Source: the human T2T-CHM13v2.0 reference genome, Homo sapiens. Taken from it: a DNA stretch of 64,000 bases. Under the pieces are notes generated by a model. It was not told where the DNA came from. It saw nothing but the letters and a program-made list of their open reading frames with translations, and did not search any database. The stretch lies in NCBI RefSeq assembly GCF_009914755.1, contig NC_060928.1. One strand, written 5' to 3'. Within the stretch, counting starts at the first letter, position 1, and the number at the start of each line of letters is the position of its first letter. Below are positions 30,730-44,800 of the stretch, piece after piece. The position numbers and the translations under genes were made by a program.

Positions 30730-32991
30730 TGAGATCTGATGGTTTTTAAAAGAGTAGTTCCCCTGCACAAACTCTCTCTCTTTGCCTACTGCTATCCATG
30801 TAAGACATGACTTGCTCCTCCTTACCTTCCACCATGATTGTGAGGCCTCTCCAGCCATGTGGAAATGTAAGTCCATTAAACCTCTTTCTTTTGTAAATTG
30901 CCCAATCTTGGATATGTCTTTATCAGCAGTGTAAAATGGACTAATACAATAAATTGGTACCAGGAGTAGGGTGCTAATGAAAAGATACCTGAAAATGTGG
31001 AAGCAACTTTGGTACTAGGTTACAGGCAGAAGTTGGAACAGTTTGAAAGGCTCAGAAGAAGGCAGGAAAATGTGGAAAAGTTTGTAACTTCCTAGAGAGT
31101 TGTTGAATGGCTTTTACCAAAATGCTGATAATGATATGGACAATGAAATACAGGCTGAGGTGGTCTCAGAATGAAGGTGAGGAACTGGACCAAAGGTGAC
31201 TCTTGTTATGTTTTAGCAATGAGATGGGCAGCATTTTGCCCTTGCCCTGGAAATTTGTGAAACGTTGAACTTGAGAGAGATGATTGAAGATATCTGGCGG
31301 AAGAAATTTCTAAGCAGCAAAGCATTCCAGAAGTGACTTGGATGCTGTTAAAGGCATTCAGTTTTAAAAGGGAAACCGATCATAAAAGTTTGGTAAATTT
31401 GCAGCCTGACAATGAGATAGGAAAGAAAATCCCATTTTCTGAGGAGAAATTCAAGCCTGCTACAGATATTTGCATAAGTAATGAAGAGCTGAATGTTTAC
31501 CACCAAGACAATGGGAAAACGTCTCCAGGGCATGTCAGAGACCTTTGTGGCAGCCCCTCCTATCACAGGCCCAGAGGCCTAGGAGGAAAAAATGGTTTTG
31601 TCAGCTGGGGCCAGGTCTCTCTGCTATGTACAGTCTAGGGGCTTGGTGCCCTGCATTCCAGCCTCTCCAGCCATCACTAAAGGGGTCCAAAGTACAGCTA
31701 GGGCCATAGACTCAGAGAGTGCAAGCCCCAAGTCTTGGCAGCTTCCACATGGTGTTGAGCCTGCGGGTACACAAAAGTCAAGAATTGAGGTTTGGGAACC
31801 TCCGCATAGGTTTCAGAGGATGTATGGCAATGTCTGGATGTACAAGCAGAAGTTTGCTGCAGAGGCAGGCACTCATGAAGAACCTCTGCTAGGGCAGTGC
31901 AGAAGGGAAATGTTGGGTGGGAGTCCCCACACAGAGTGCCTACTGGGACACAGCCCTAGTGGAGCTGTGAGAAGAGGCCCACAATCCTCCAGACCCCAGA
32001 ATGGTAGGTCCACCCACAGCTTGTACTGTGTGCCTGGAAAAGCTGCAGACACTCAACACCTGCAGCCAGGAGGCAGGTTCGAACCCTGCAAAGCCACAGG
32101 GGTGGAGCTGCCCTAGACCATGGGAACCACCTCTTGCATCAGCATGACGTAGATGAGAAACACGGAGTCAAAGGAGATGATTTTGGAGTTTTAAGATTTG
32201 AATGCCCCATTGGATTTTGGACTTGCATGGGCCCTGGAGCCCCTTTATTGTGGCTAATTTCTCCCATTTGGAATGGCTGTATTTACCCAATGCCTATACC
32301 CCATTGTATCTAGGAAGTAACTAACTTGCTTTGGATTTTACAGGCTCATAGTCAGAAGGGACTTGCATTGTCTCAGATAAGACGTTGGACTGTGGACATT
32401 TGAATTAATGCTGAAATGAGTTAAGATTTTGTGGGACAGTTGCAAAGGCATCATTGGTTTTGAAATGTGAGGACATGAATTTTGGGAGGGGCCGGGGGCA
32501 GAATGATATGGTTTGGCTGTGTCACCACCCAAACCTCATCTTGAATTCCCACATGTTGTGAGAAGGACTCGGTGGGAGGTAATCGAATCATGGGGGCAGG
32601 TCTTTCCTGTGCTGTTCTTTTGATAGTAAATGAGTCTCACAAGGAGTTCCCATGCACAAGCTCTCTCTCTTTGCCTACTGCCATCCATGTAAGACACAAC
32701 TTGCTCTTCCTTGCCTTCCACCATGATTGTGAGGCCTCTCCAGCCACGTGGAAATGTAAGTCCATTAAATCTCTTTATTTTGTAAATTGCCCAATCTTTG
32801 GATATGTCTTTATCAGCAGCATGAAAATGGGCTAATACACCGATCTATGTGATCCCACAGAAATTCAAAAAAGATTACAATAGAAAAACAACAATAATGG
32901 CCCTGGACTCAGGTAGCTGAAACACTAATAGAAAAGAGAAATGAGAAAACAGTGAAAATACAACAGTAAAATACTAAGAACTTAAATAAAT

Positions 32992-33179
32992 AAGTGGTCC
33001 TCAAACTGTGGTCCCCAGACCAGTAATGTCAGCATCAACTGGGAACTTGTTAGAGGTATAAATCCTGAGGCTGTATCGCAGATATCCTGAACCAGAATCT
33101 CTGGGGGAGTGAATTTAGAAATCTGTATTTTAAGAATCTCTAAACATTATTCTGATGCACATAAATTTATCAACCACTT
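32992..33179. mobile_element. MER5A hAT-Charlie MITE
   Basis: agtggtcctcaaactgtggtccccagaccag...agcatcaactgggaacttgttaga...ttctgatgcac...aaccact. Confidence 0.85.
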
Positions 33180-33324
33180 ATATAAGTGTGTGTGTCAGTG
33201 TGAAAATCTATCTATTCATACATATTTTTATTTGTAGGCGTGTGTGTACATTTTTATTTTATTTTATTTTTTTTCCTGGTCGTTCCTACCCTAGTGTGTG
33301 CATATGTGTGTGTGTGCATGTGTG

Positions 33325-33608
33325 TTTGAGACAGAGTCTCTCTCTGTCACCCAGGCTGGGGTGCAGTGGTGTGATCTCTGCTCACTGCAACCTCTGCCTC
33401 CTGGGTCAAGCAATTCTCCTGTCTCAGGCTCCTGAGTAACTGGGACTACAAGTGTGTGCCACCACATCTGGCTAATTTTTGTATTTTTAGTAGAGACAGG
33501 GTTTTACCATATTGGCCAGGCTGTCCTCGAGCTCCTGAACTCAAATGATCTACCCACCTCAGCCTCCCAAAGTGCTGGGATTACAGGCATGAGCCACTGT
33601 GCCCAGCC
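33325..33608 (-). mobile_element. Alu (S/J) with a TG-rich tract in place of the tail
   Basis: Antisense Alu body; the adjoining 33294-33325 is (TG)-rich. Confidence 0.92.
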
Positions 33609-33669
33609 TTTTTTAAGCAACTTTCTGTGAAATAAAATGACAGAGAATCTGCATTTAAAAGTAACTTTA

Positions 33670-34240
33670 TCGAAGGCTTTCAGGAGAAGGTCTTGTTTAA
33701 ACATAGACCTAAAACCAAGGGTACCGTTCTATGCAATTATTGGGGGACATTATGGGAAGAAAAAAGAGCAATGTGCAAAGACATAAGAAAAATGCTTCAA
33801 GGAACTGAAAAAGGCACTGAGTCTAAAACATACTGATCAAATGGGAAAATAACATAAGATTTTAAACAGGCAGGGCAGAACATCTATGACCTTGAAGGCC
33901 AAGGGAAAAGGTTTTGTTTTATTTTAAGTGTGATTGGAAGTGATTGGAAAGTTCTAAATAGAGCAATCCCTTCATTTTTTTCACTTCTAAGAAGTTACTA
34001 CTACTGCTTTGAGAAAATAAATTGTAAGAGACACAAGTGAAAGTTGAGAGGCAGGACAGAAGACTGTAGTGGACTGGGGGAAAGATGATGCTGGGCATGG
34101 CCATGGCCATGTGACTGTGAAGACAGAGAGATATTCACAGCTTTGTAGATTGGAAGGAAGGGGTTAGAAGGTGTGGTGAAGAAAAAATATTGATAAAGAC
34201 TCCTGGGTTTCTCATGTGAGAAATGAAAAACCTTAAAACA
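33670..34240 (-). mobile_element. L2 fragment
   Basis: Purine-rich antisense L2 words (agagcaatgtgcaaag, ggccaagggaaaaggttttg, agactcctgggtttct). Confidence 0.55.
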
Positions 34241-34835
34241 GTCATTCATGTTTAGGTCTTAAATTTGTCGGTAATTTATTTGAGAGTATGGCATATGGTA
34301 GAACAATAATTTGTTTTATATAGCACTCTAATGTTACCAAACCTTTATTGAAAAGCCCATTATCCCTATTGATTGGAGATGATGCCACCTATGTTTGGTA
34401 TTGAGTTCTGAAACAGGTATGAAGAGTCTTTCTCTGCTATCAATATATTTCTTTATTTCTGTGCCAGTATGATACTGTTTTAAATAATCTAACAAACAAT
34501 TTTTTCTTGAGGCATAGTATGTATTCTTTGTTTCTTTATACCCCCACAAAAAAAGCAGCTTAGCTATTTTACCATACCATCTTTAAAATCAGTTAATGGA
34601 ATCATTTTAGGATTTTTTTCATAGAAATTTTAGAAGAAGTTAATCCAGTTTCACACAAAAAAAATCCTGTTGGAAAGTTGAAACAAATATTAATTACCAA
34701 TGGACAGACTATTTTTGGAGATGCGTATCTTTATATATTTAACTGTTGTCTAAAAAAATGGTATATCAGCCCCTGACCCATGTCCTCTCTTATGCCTTTT
34801 AAGAAAATTGTATACTTTTCTCTATCATAACTTAC

Positions 34836-35650
34836 AGTGGACAATGTAGCCCTCCACTCCCCTCCCCTTTCTTTCACTTTTTTTTTGTTTTACATTCCTA
34901 TTTGTGCACATAACAATCACCCTGTCCTCCTTTGTGCACTATTGCTTCTAACAGCCAAGACCTGTTGCGCTTTTTCTGGAAGGCTCATGCTAAGGTTTCA
35001 GGAGTCTCTTTGCCTTTATGCAAAATGTTGGACATCCCTGGGAATTCATATGTGTGCCTTTCCCTTCCTTGAGTCTTCTGCAGCCATTTACCAATGAAGC
35101 AGGAAGAGAAAAGTAAGAGAATCTATCTCACTTGCTTCAGAGCAGGGCAACTTTGAAGTGCAACTTACATGGCATCCTTTTCCAGCGTGGCCAGATGAAG
35201 CTCTTGGGTTTGAGACTTTGCTTGGCTCTTCACTCTGGTTTGTCCTTCTCTCTCCTTCCCTGTCATGCCTCCCTCCCTCAGTTATAAACTTCCCCTGGAA
35301 GCTCTTTCTGAGTAGATCACTTGCACATGAAATCTTATCAAACGTCTCCTCCTGGGGAACTCACTGTAAGAGAGTTGATAGCCAGAAGTGGCTCTGGACA
35401 GCCGACTCTAACTGTTGGGTTCTTGTTTTGGATCAGCAGTCAGCCACATGGCAACAAGGAGCCCATGTTGGTGGTAAGCAGAGTGGGGATATAACTGATC
35501 ACACTGTAGCATTATAATTGCAAAGGTTTTCATCTGTAATGATTTTCCAGGATTTGGGGTTGGGTATAGGTGGGAAAGCATGTATGCCCATATGATAATA
35601 CTAGGAATTGGTAAATATGAGAAATAACCATTATAAGGATTATATGGTTT
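34836..35650 (+). mobile_element. LTR16-like ERVL LTR (to ~35373) plus start of internal sequence
   Basis: LTR end cacttgcacatgaaatc...ctggggaactcactgtaagaga followed by gttgatagccagaagtggc. Confidence 0.7.
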
Positions 35651-36209
35651 TGACATGGTATAAGTGTAGTCTGCTGTTGCTCACTACAAATTCTTTCACT
35701 CACACTTATTTTGCAGTTTCAGCATCATCTGCCTTCAAACTATGCTGAGGGTATTGATCCTAGTACAGATTATTTTTCCCTTCAGGTTTGTTTGTTTTTG
35801 TCTTAGTTTCATGAGGAGATGTTGAGAGGTAGTTTGAGCAACTACTGTCTTCAGTTACAATGAGGTTTCATAGGTTTTTATAGATACCTTTATTCAGATT
35901 AATAAAGTTCCTTTCTAGTCCTATTTTCTATGAGCCTTTCTTTAAGTTTTGCTGAAATTTGTCAAGTAATTACTTTCTGAATCCATAAAATCATAATATG
36001 GTTTTTCTTATTAATAAATCTCTTAATCCAAAGAAATGCAGTTGTCTGTCTATCCTTCTATATCTGGGATACAGGTGCCACACTATGATGTATTTCAATG
36101 CAATGTTAGTTTAGATGTATTAATTATTGGTTTAATATTCTGTGTGTATAATAATTCATACAGAGATATGAATATTCATATATGTGTACAAATGTATTTT
36201 CATATAATG

Positions 36210-36568
36210 TCTTTTAGGGGGTGAATTATATTCCCCAAAATTTATATGTTGAAACCCTAATCCCCAATACTTCAAAATGTGACTGTATTTGAAGATATGG
36301 TCTTTAAAGAGGTGACTATGATAGATGAGGTCATTAAGGTGGGTCCTAATCCAATATGACTGTTGCCCTTATAAAAAAACGTGAAGACCATACAAAGGCA
36401 CAGAGGAAGATAGTCATAGGCCAAAGAGAGAAACCTCAGAAGAAATCAGCCCTGTTGACACCTTGACCTGGGACCTCTAATCTCTAGAACTGTGAGGAAA
36501 TTAATTTCTGTTGTTTAAGCAATTCAGCCTATGAAACTTGGTTATGGCAGCCCTAGCAAACTAATAGA
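36210..36568 (+). mobile_element. MLT1B-like MaLR solo LTR
   Basis: ccccaaaatttatatgttgaaaccctaa...ctaatccaatatgactg...gttatggcagccctagcaaactaataga. Confidence 0.88.
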
Positions 36569-37820
36569 GTGCCCCTGTCTAGAGGTCATCTTTCTTTTCC
36601 TTTCCTAATTGTCATAACAATATCTGAGATAAGAAATATCTATTCCTTGGAAATCTTTTAAAAAATTGTTTTTAAATCATTATCTTTTCATACATTGGTA
36701 TAAGCATGTGTGTGCAGGTGTATTTGTTGGAGACACAGCCTGGTTTTAACTACTGTTTCATTATGTTCATATTGACTAGTTATTTTTGCTTTGATTTGCA
36801 GATTTCGTGTTTTTCTATCAAAGTTTTAATCTCTAGTAATTGCTCTAGTACTAAAATACAGCTCTTGATTCTACTTTTGTCATATCTAATTGTTTCTAAT
36901 ATTATTTAATGATTCCCTAATTTTTGTTGTTATTACTATTTTGTTAAGTACTTCCAAGAGTTTTTCGCTTGTTTTCATTTTCTTTCTTTGGTTTTTAGTT
37001 TTCTCAGAAAACAAGCTCTTGGTTTTATTACCTCCGTTTTCTATTTTATTTATCTCTGCCTCTATCTTCGTTTCATTTCTTATATTATTTTAGATTTTAA
37101 TTTTTTAGCGATGTTAATGTTTTTCTGAATTCATGAACTCGATGCTTTAGTAAGTAATTTATAAATTTACTTGTTTCCCAAAAAATTGTTTTCCAAATAT
37201 AGTTAAGTCCACATTTTTTTCTCTCATTATCATTGTGGCTATAATTTACAAATTATAAGATGCTTTGATTGTTATTCGGCTCTAACTTTTTGTTCTTTAG
37301 TTAACAGATTGGAAGTCTGTGAAATTCCATTTGGAATTTTCAACTATAAGTCGCTCTTCAGTTTCCAGAACTTTTTGTTTGTTTTTATTATCTTCTAAGT
37401 TTTTATTTTTATAAAAATGTGTTTCTCTGATTTCCTTATATTTTTGCACTGTAGTCACAGAAGTGACAGAACTTAGATCGAGACATTCCTTTCTTTGTAG
37501 CCTAAAATATGGTCAAGAAGAAATCGTTCCAGAGATTCTGTTAATGAGTGCATATTCCCAGATACTAATTTCTATACATAATTGAAGTAAACTTTTTATT
37601 TGTGAATCTTACAGATATGAAATTTACTAATAATGTGTCTAGGAACATAATTTTTATTTGTGGCATTATAGATTGTACTCTATAGAAATGCTATATTAAA
37701 TAGCACAATGTTAAACTATCACTATTTAAGCACCCTTGAAATTGCACAATTATATTTATTATCTTACTGTGAATCATATATTATATTACATGGTATTGTG
37801 GTATTGTACTGCTATATACT

Positions 37821-38106
<286 letters not shown>

Positions 38107-41100
38107 ATACTTTTCTTTTAATTTTGACTTTAAACTCATCCTTAGCAGGAATTATTTGCTTTAGAGTTCAGCTCATACCTAGCCTTCCTATGGATTAGTT
38201 TTTGTTTGCTCTGCTGGGCTCTTATAGAGTTTACTGGTCCTGAATCATTTTTAATATTATTTTACTGGCCTGGGATTTCTGTATGACACAGATAGTTTTC
38301 CTTTGGATACATGTGCAATAGTGTCTAGGGTTCTAGTTTTGTTGCTGGTGACTGTATTTCTACTGACAGACTTGGCTTAATTCTGACCATGGCTCTGAGT
38401 TGACAGACATCATTCAGTCTGTGTTGGTCCCCTGCTTCTCTCATGCAGCTCACATCAAGGTCTCCTACACATGGTCCCTGAATGGAGGATCATTTCCTTC
38501 AATAAGCATTAGATCTACACATTCTTTAATGCCTCTCTATATTTCTGGTTCCCCAGTTAGTTGTGTGGCCTATTGTTCTTGATTCCTTAATTGATTTGAA
38601 CACACAAATAGTTTCATCTTGCTCTTGATCTCTATATTGTGTGTGTGTGTGACTGTTGTGAGGAGGAAGGTGGATTCAGAGAGCAATGGTTACAGCATTT
38701 GATCAGTCTAACTCCTGACCCAAAGTCTTGGATTGAGGTTTATTAATTGTCTAAATACTTATAGGTTTTGAATCCGTGGGTGACAGGATCCATACATTTC
38801 TTGGATTTCTACTTCCAGCATATTGACCAAAGCACAGATGCTTACTGAAGGAATGAGTATTTGAGTATATTTGTGTAGTCTTTCTTCCAAAAACATAGAC
38901 ATGCAAGGAATATTCACACTTCTTTTCCTGACGTTTACTGACAAAAGTTAAAAACGCAAGCATATTTTAATGATAATATACTAAGATGGAAGCAATAAAG
39001 GGAAAATATTCAAGAAATAATAAATAAAGTACCTAAAGTCAAATTTGATTTCAAGATTCATAGCAACTGTCAGGTATACATCTCAGTAAAAGAGAAATGT
39101 TAATTTTATTATGTAAGTGTTTGCATTCATTGTTTTACATCCAGCAGGAAGATATGGTACCACATGAGTTAAGGACTCAGACCCAAAAGTCATTTATATA
39201 CACAAGTATTAATTTAAAATATACACACACAGAGTTTAGAAGAAAATTTACCAAAAATTATTATAATTTAATATAAAAAAGAAAGAAGTTGTCTATATTC
39301 TGTTGAATGGGTTGTCCCACATGTTACAGTCACAAGAATTGTGAGTTAGAGTGCTGCAAATTATCTACAACCTTTACCACCCAAGACTGGACTGGTTGTG
39401 GTTTAGCAATCTCTTCTTCCCGTTAGTGAAAGTAGAGAGGTGGAAAGTACATTTTATCAATTTATTATTATCATTTCTTATAGGTTTTAGAGCAAAATGA
39501 TCAATAAATATTTACTTTGTAGTTATAAGGCTTTTTGTTAAGCATTATGAAGTATTTATGGAACAGTATGAGATACAGCCTATGTCTTCAAGAAATAAGA
39601 AAGAACTCTGCACTCATTTACACAGAGACTAGCTACAATACAAACATTATTAGGAACAAGTGGACATGTGGAAAGATAAGAGTTTTATAAGACTGTGATA
39701 AACAGAAGCATTTTGTGATGAGTCACTTCTAACCATATTCATCATGTATTTATTGAACTATCTATTCTGTCTTAGCCCCAGACTTACAGAGATTACTAAC
39801 GCAAAATTCCTCAATTTTACAAGTATATAATATAGTAGGGTGAGAGAATTTAGCTTCATGAGTTCTATGAAATGTGGCAGGATTTATAATGTTCAAATTT
39901 CTGAGAAGAAGAAGAAACGTGGTCAAGACTGTATGAATATAAGAGATGGAGTAGCTAGCAAATGTTTATATAGGTTAAATTCACTGAACAGTATGTTGAA
40001 ATAACACAAAATTTAAAGTGTGTATGCATCAGACACGCTAAAACAGGGATATTCAAAGGTAATGTGTTTGTTTGATTTTGACACATAAGCAGAGATATCT
40101 ACATACTAGCAAAAGTCTAAAACCAGACCTCTTGGGAAATTCAATAGTTTAGATGGGATAAATAGTCTGATGAAAAATGTGGATCCTTAAGCCTTGAGAG
40201 AGGCAGCATTGACCCCTGTAATTGGTTTGCAAGATACCCACAGCAAATTCTGTATCCTACAGATCTAAGTTGCCAAAGCTTGTTTTTTTGGTGGGGTTTT
40301 TTTTGTTTTTTTGGTTTCCTTTTTTTCTTTTTAAACAGATATAAACTCCTTCTCCTTTACACTGAATTTTGATTAGCTGGGCTTTATCTAGAGTTATGGC
40401 ATACACTCAGATTGATCATTGTCTAAATTTCTACATTGAAAAAAAATCTATGTCAACAGTCTGAAATAGTGAAGACATTTGGACATGTTTTATGAAAGGT
40501 TTGAAATTATATTTTATTCAAAAATTTGAAAAAATCACCAAATACACCAAAGGCACACTTGAGCCCCACAGTGAACTCAGAAGCTCATTGGCAGTCTCTC
40601 TGAACCATGGGAATTCTGATTAGATAGCATCTTTTGGGTAATATTATTTCCCAATATGAAAGTGAAACTTGCGATTTGAGGGTTGGATCAGAAAGCACAT
40701 CAATTTTATATGGTAAATGTAAAATATCATTAATTGGATATTTAACCTTTGCCCACACTAATCCATCCCAGTAACCCACCTCAACTTCTTTTTCTTCATC
40801 CACATCAATTCCTTATTAGCATAGGTGAAACAGACCACTACCTTTGTCAAAGAAAGTTTCATACTCTAAATTATGTTTCAATGTTAGGTATGTTAGCCTA
40901 AAACATAATAAACACAAAATTTGTCTTTTTTTATAATATGTATATAAACAAGAAAGAGGGACGTCAGGCATTCCACCCACTATTTTAGCAGGCTCCTATG
41001 ACGTAGTGGTATGATTCCTTCTTGTTGCCTGTTGTCACTCACCAGTCTGTTCCAGGATCTGAGACCTTATAGGCTATAAATAAATGTTTGTTGATTCTTA

Positions 41101-41439
41101 TTGCAAATTGCAAGTTAGTTAAAACAATTAACTATTAATTAGTTTATAATTGATAGATACTGAATTATGTGTATGAGATCTAATTTTATGCATTTACCAT
41201 TAGTTTAAAAATATGCATTAGGATATATTAATGAAATCAAACTTTCAAAAGTATTGTTAACAATACTTTTCACAATATTTTAAAATCTAAAATAATTTTA
41301 TATATTTTTAATGTGAACATTTAAAAATAAAATATAATATTTACTTTTGATATTATTATTAAATGTGAGGCTGCTTATTTTCACTTAACTAATGTTTACT
41401 GATTATAAATTAACCTAATTTTTCCCAACTCATGTTTCA

Positions 41440-41850
41440 TTTTTACATTCTCAACCATTTATTGTTCTCCAAACATACTCCGAGATGTTCCACGTTAGTT
41501 ATTTTGCTTATATACTTTCTCAGAATTGGTATGCCACCCAACTAAAGCATATCTATCAATGCAAATCTATCCATCCTAAGACAAATCAGAAATTCCTGCT
41601 TCTTCATAAAATTATTTCTGATTTATTGACTAAAATTTGATGTCTCATTTCACTAAATCCCCACTGAACTGAATTTATATTTCTTCTCATTATCTACTTA
41701 TATACAGTCATGTCAACATGGCTGATTTTCATTTTATGGCTTCATCAGCCTGCAAGATTCTTGAGAGAAATAACTCTGTTAGTAACATTTGTCCTCCCTG
41801 CATCTAGCACCACATTGACTTGTGTATCAGAGACAGTTAATAACATATGT
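41440..41850 (+). mobile_element. L2 fragment
   Basis: gttctccaaacatac...gcaagattcttgagaga...gcatctagcac...cagttaataacatatgt. Confidence 0.55.
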
Positions 41851-44800
41851 ACTTATTTATCCCTAGCTTTGTTTCAAATTGTATTTGAGAAATAGTTCAC
41901 CAAATTTCTTAGCTTAATTAAACTTAATTGAGAATAAAGTTATCAGATGTAATAATCTGTTCTCTGGGAAAAATTGTAATTGCTTTTACAAATGCTCTAA
42001 AAATTAAACATGTTTTTCAGTTATGTTTTAATAGACATACTTCTGACCCAAAATATGACAGTTTTTTCTTCTTTTAAATAAACAAAAATTTATACCTTTT
42101 AGCTGAAGATTTGCTTGATATGTACAAACACTTTCTTGACACGTATGCTGTAAAGGTTCATAAAAATAAAATCCAACCCTCTACAGCTCATGCTAGTTAA
42201 ACACTATAATTAAAATTCCAGAGAGCACCAACGGAAGTAAAAGCAATTGTTAGCTATTCTGTTTGAACATTATGGAAGAAATAGTTACTGCAAATAAAGC
42301 AGGCAAATTGACTATTTGGCAGACTAGTCTAGGATAGTTACATACCAAATTGCAACAAGCATCAATGTATTACAATTGTGTCAATGATGTCATTCGAATA
42401 GCAATAGATATATTTTTTTTTGCAGAAATAGGTAGATTTTGTTGTTTTTAGTAAGTATTTTAAAGAACATTTGTGCTTCCACAGAGAAAGGCTGTTTTTA
42501 CCAGAAGCTAGCTAGAGGATGTAGTCAGGTGTGTCCAGTTTAATGAGGCTGTCCGTGCATATTACATCTTGCGTCAAATAAAGAAAATAATAATTTAATG
42601 TGTTAGTTATGTGATAACAGTCTGGTAACAGAAATGACAGCAGTAGTTGAATGTATTTGAAATTGTAAACACATGGCCACAATTATGTAATTAGTATACA
42701 TTTATTCTAGGTTTGTGAATTCGAGAAACCAGTATGAAACCATTTGCATGATTAAATGTTTTGAAAAGTTCTATTCCTAAGATTTGTTTTAGCCATGACC
42801 ATGAGAAGAAATAACATCTAGATCTAACCATAACAGACCCCATATTGGGTCTCCATGTGGATCTTCTTGCAAACAATCCAGAGCTCTTATATGATTAAGT
42901 GCATTGATTATATATGGATATTCTACTCCCTGTTGGAATCCTCCCTCTATGTAGCACTTACCCATCCCTGATCCTGTCCACACTCAGAGTCCTATTATTC
43001 TCCCCAGTCATCACCACCATCAGCTTTCAGTAGGGGATGTCTATACTCTTTGAAATAGTTCTTATGCTATTCGATTATAAGGACATGAAGAATCATTATG
43101 CAGAACTATTATTTTAAATATTAAAGTGTTTTCTTTAGGAAATATCTATATAATGATGATGAGGATGTTGTGATATAAAATGACAGATATGTCATTCTAT
43201 GGGAGTAGTGTTAAATTATTTAGATTTTTAGATTATCTCAGAAACAAGAAAGTATCTTCTATAAGTGACCTAGGCATCATCAGATCTCTATCTGTATTTG
43301 TCTATTTAATCTGCTTGATTTAACTGACTAGGATCAAAAGATGCTAGCTTTCAGGGTCTCTATACTAACAAAGCCAAACATCTAAAGCAAAATGGAATCA
43401 AAAAATCATTTTAAAAGGAAAATAACGAAGCCAGATTTTCATGTAGATAAATGCAGCACATGGTGATTATTTTTCTCATTTAACAAAGCTGCTTTGTAAT
43501 GAGAAAGAATTCCCATTATTTCCAAAAGAATATTCCTAATAGCAATCAAGCTTGCCACCCTGCTTCAAATGGGGACTCAGGCGGCCCATCTATATTTGGT
43601 CCAGTGCATTATCTATGAATAGGGAAAAGCTGTGCAGGTAATTTATATGTTATGTATACCCCAGGTTATGTGCCTATCACCCATATGAAGCTCAGTGCTG
43701 TTGTGGCAAGCATTGAATGAAGAATGGAATACCATTTTATATTCTTTCCAGTTTCTGCTTTGTGTTAGCCTTACTTGACAATCATCTTTCCATGCTTATG
43801 TTTGCCTAAGTTCTTGCAATGCCGCTTAAACCTGTTTATTCATTTTACCCCTAGGAACACAATTGACAGACAGAAAGAAAAAAACAAAAAGATTTAAGTA
43901 TGTCTAAAATTTTGAGAAATACCATAGCTTCCTTCTACATCAAACATACCAAAAGGTACGGAGAATCAAATTTTTGTCCTGTTACTCTACGAAATATAAT
44001 TATTATTAAGGAAAATTTAAATGTGTATTTCAGTATTCTAATCCAGAATAATGTCACCAAAATATAATCTCTATAACAAAACACACTTTTCAACATGCTG
44101 TGATTATAAATCTGAAATTCTGAAATTCTAATGCATAAAACTATTTTAAAGGATTACAAGCCATAAAAGAAAATTACCAATTTTAAAGTGAAGAATTCTT
44201 AATAGCAGCAACTTCATGATGTCTCCTTTTGAACATTTCAAAATATTTAAGGGCATTTTCATCCTAGGGAAATGTTTCTAAAACTATTCAATTGGTCTTG
44301 TAAATTTAGACACTAATGAATACTCAGGTGAAATGTGTTTTTTTTTTTTCTATCATTAAGAAATGTGATGACTTTAGACCACATAAACAACAGGAGTGGC
44401 AGACAAGTTATCTTCCTAACTTCAAATTTTATATTTCTGATTCTATAATAGTAATAGCTCAAATAATTAAGTATGTGTGTATATATATAAATATGTATAT
44501 GTGGATGTGTATATATTTATATATAATAATGGGAACATATTTTAATATAAAAAATTTAAATATAAGCAATTTGCTGTTTCCTCAAGGATCATCGTGTATA
44601 AAAATGGAAGGCACAAAAAGTTTGTTGCACTTGATATCCAGCAGAGAAATATTGAAATAAATCAAAGAATAGAAATCCCCTATTTCTATTCTTATTTTGG
44701 TGATGTCTTCTCTTTATTGAAGCTAACTCCATGTCAGAAATTTTATCTAAGTTTCCTAAAAATTACCATTACAGTTCTACGTAGTGGACAATATCATTAT

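Larger units (their letters stand above)
30295..32839 (+). mobile_element. Full THE1 (THE1A/B-like) MaLR provirus: 5'LTR 30295-30948, internal 30949-32503, 3'LTR 32504-32839
   Basis: Both LTRs run tgatatggtttggctg...ctaataca; typical THE1-int (taaattggtacca..., ggaacagtttg); purine tract before the 3'LTR; TSD ccgac/ccgat. Confidence 0.95.
34330..37800 (-). mobile_element. Fragmented ancient L1ME-like element(s), interrupted by LTR16 and MLT1B
   Basis: T-rich + strand with antisense L1 ORF2 words (tttattgaaaag, ttctgtgccagta, ttattcagattaataaagttcctttctagtcc, ttctcagaaaacaagctcttggtttt). Confidence 0.5.

Noticed and set aside
31333-32116. 101-aa and 174-aa ORFs as genes
   Set aside because: They lie wholly within the THE1 internal sequence and are broken MaLR-derived frames.
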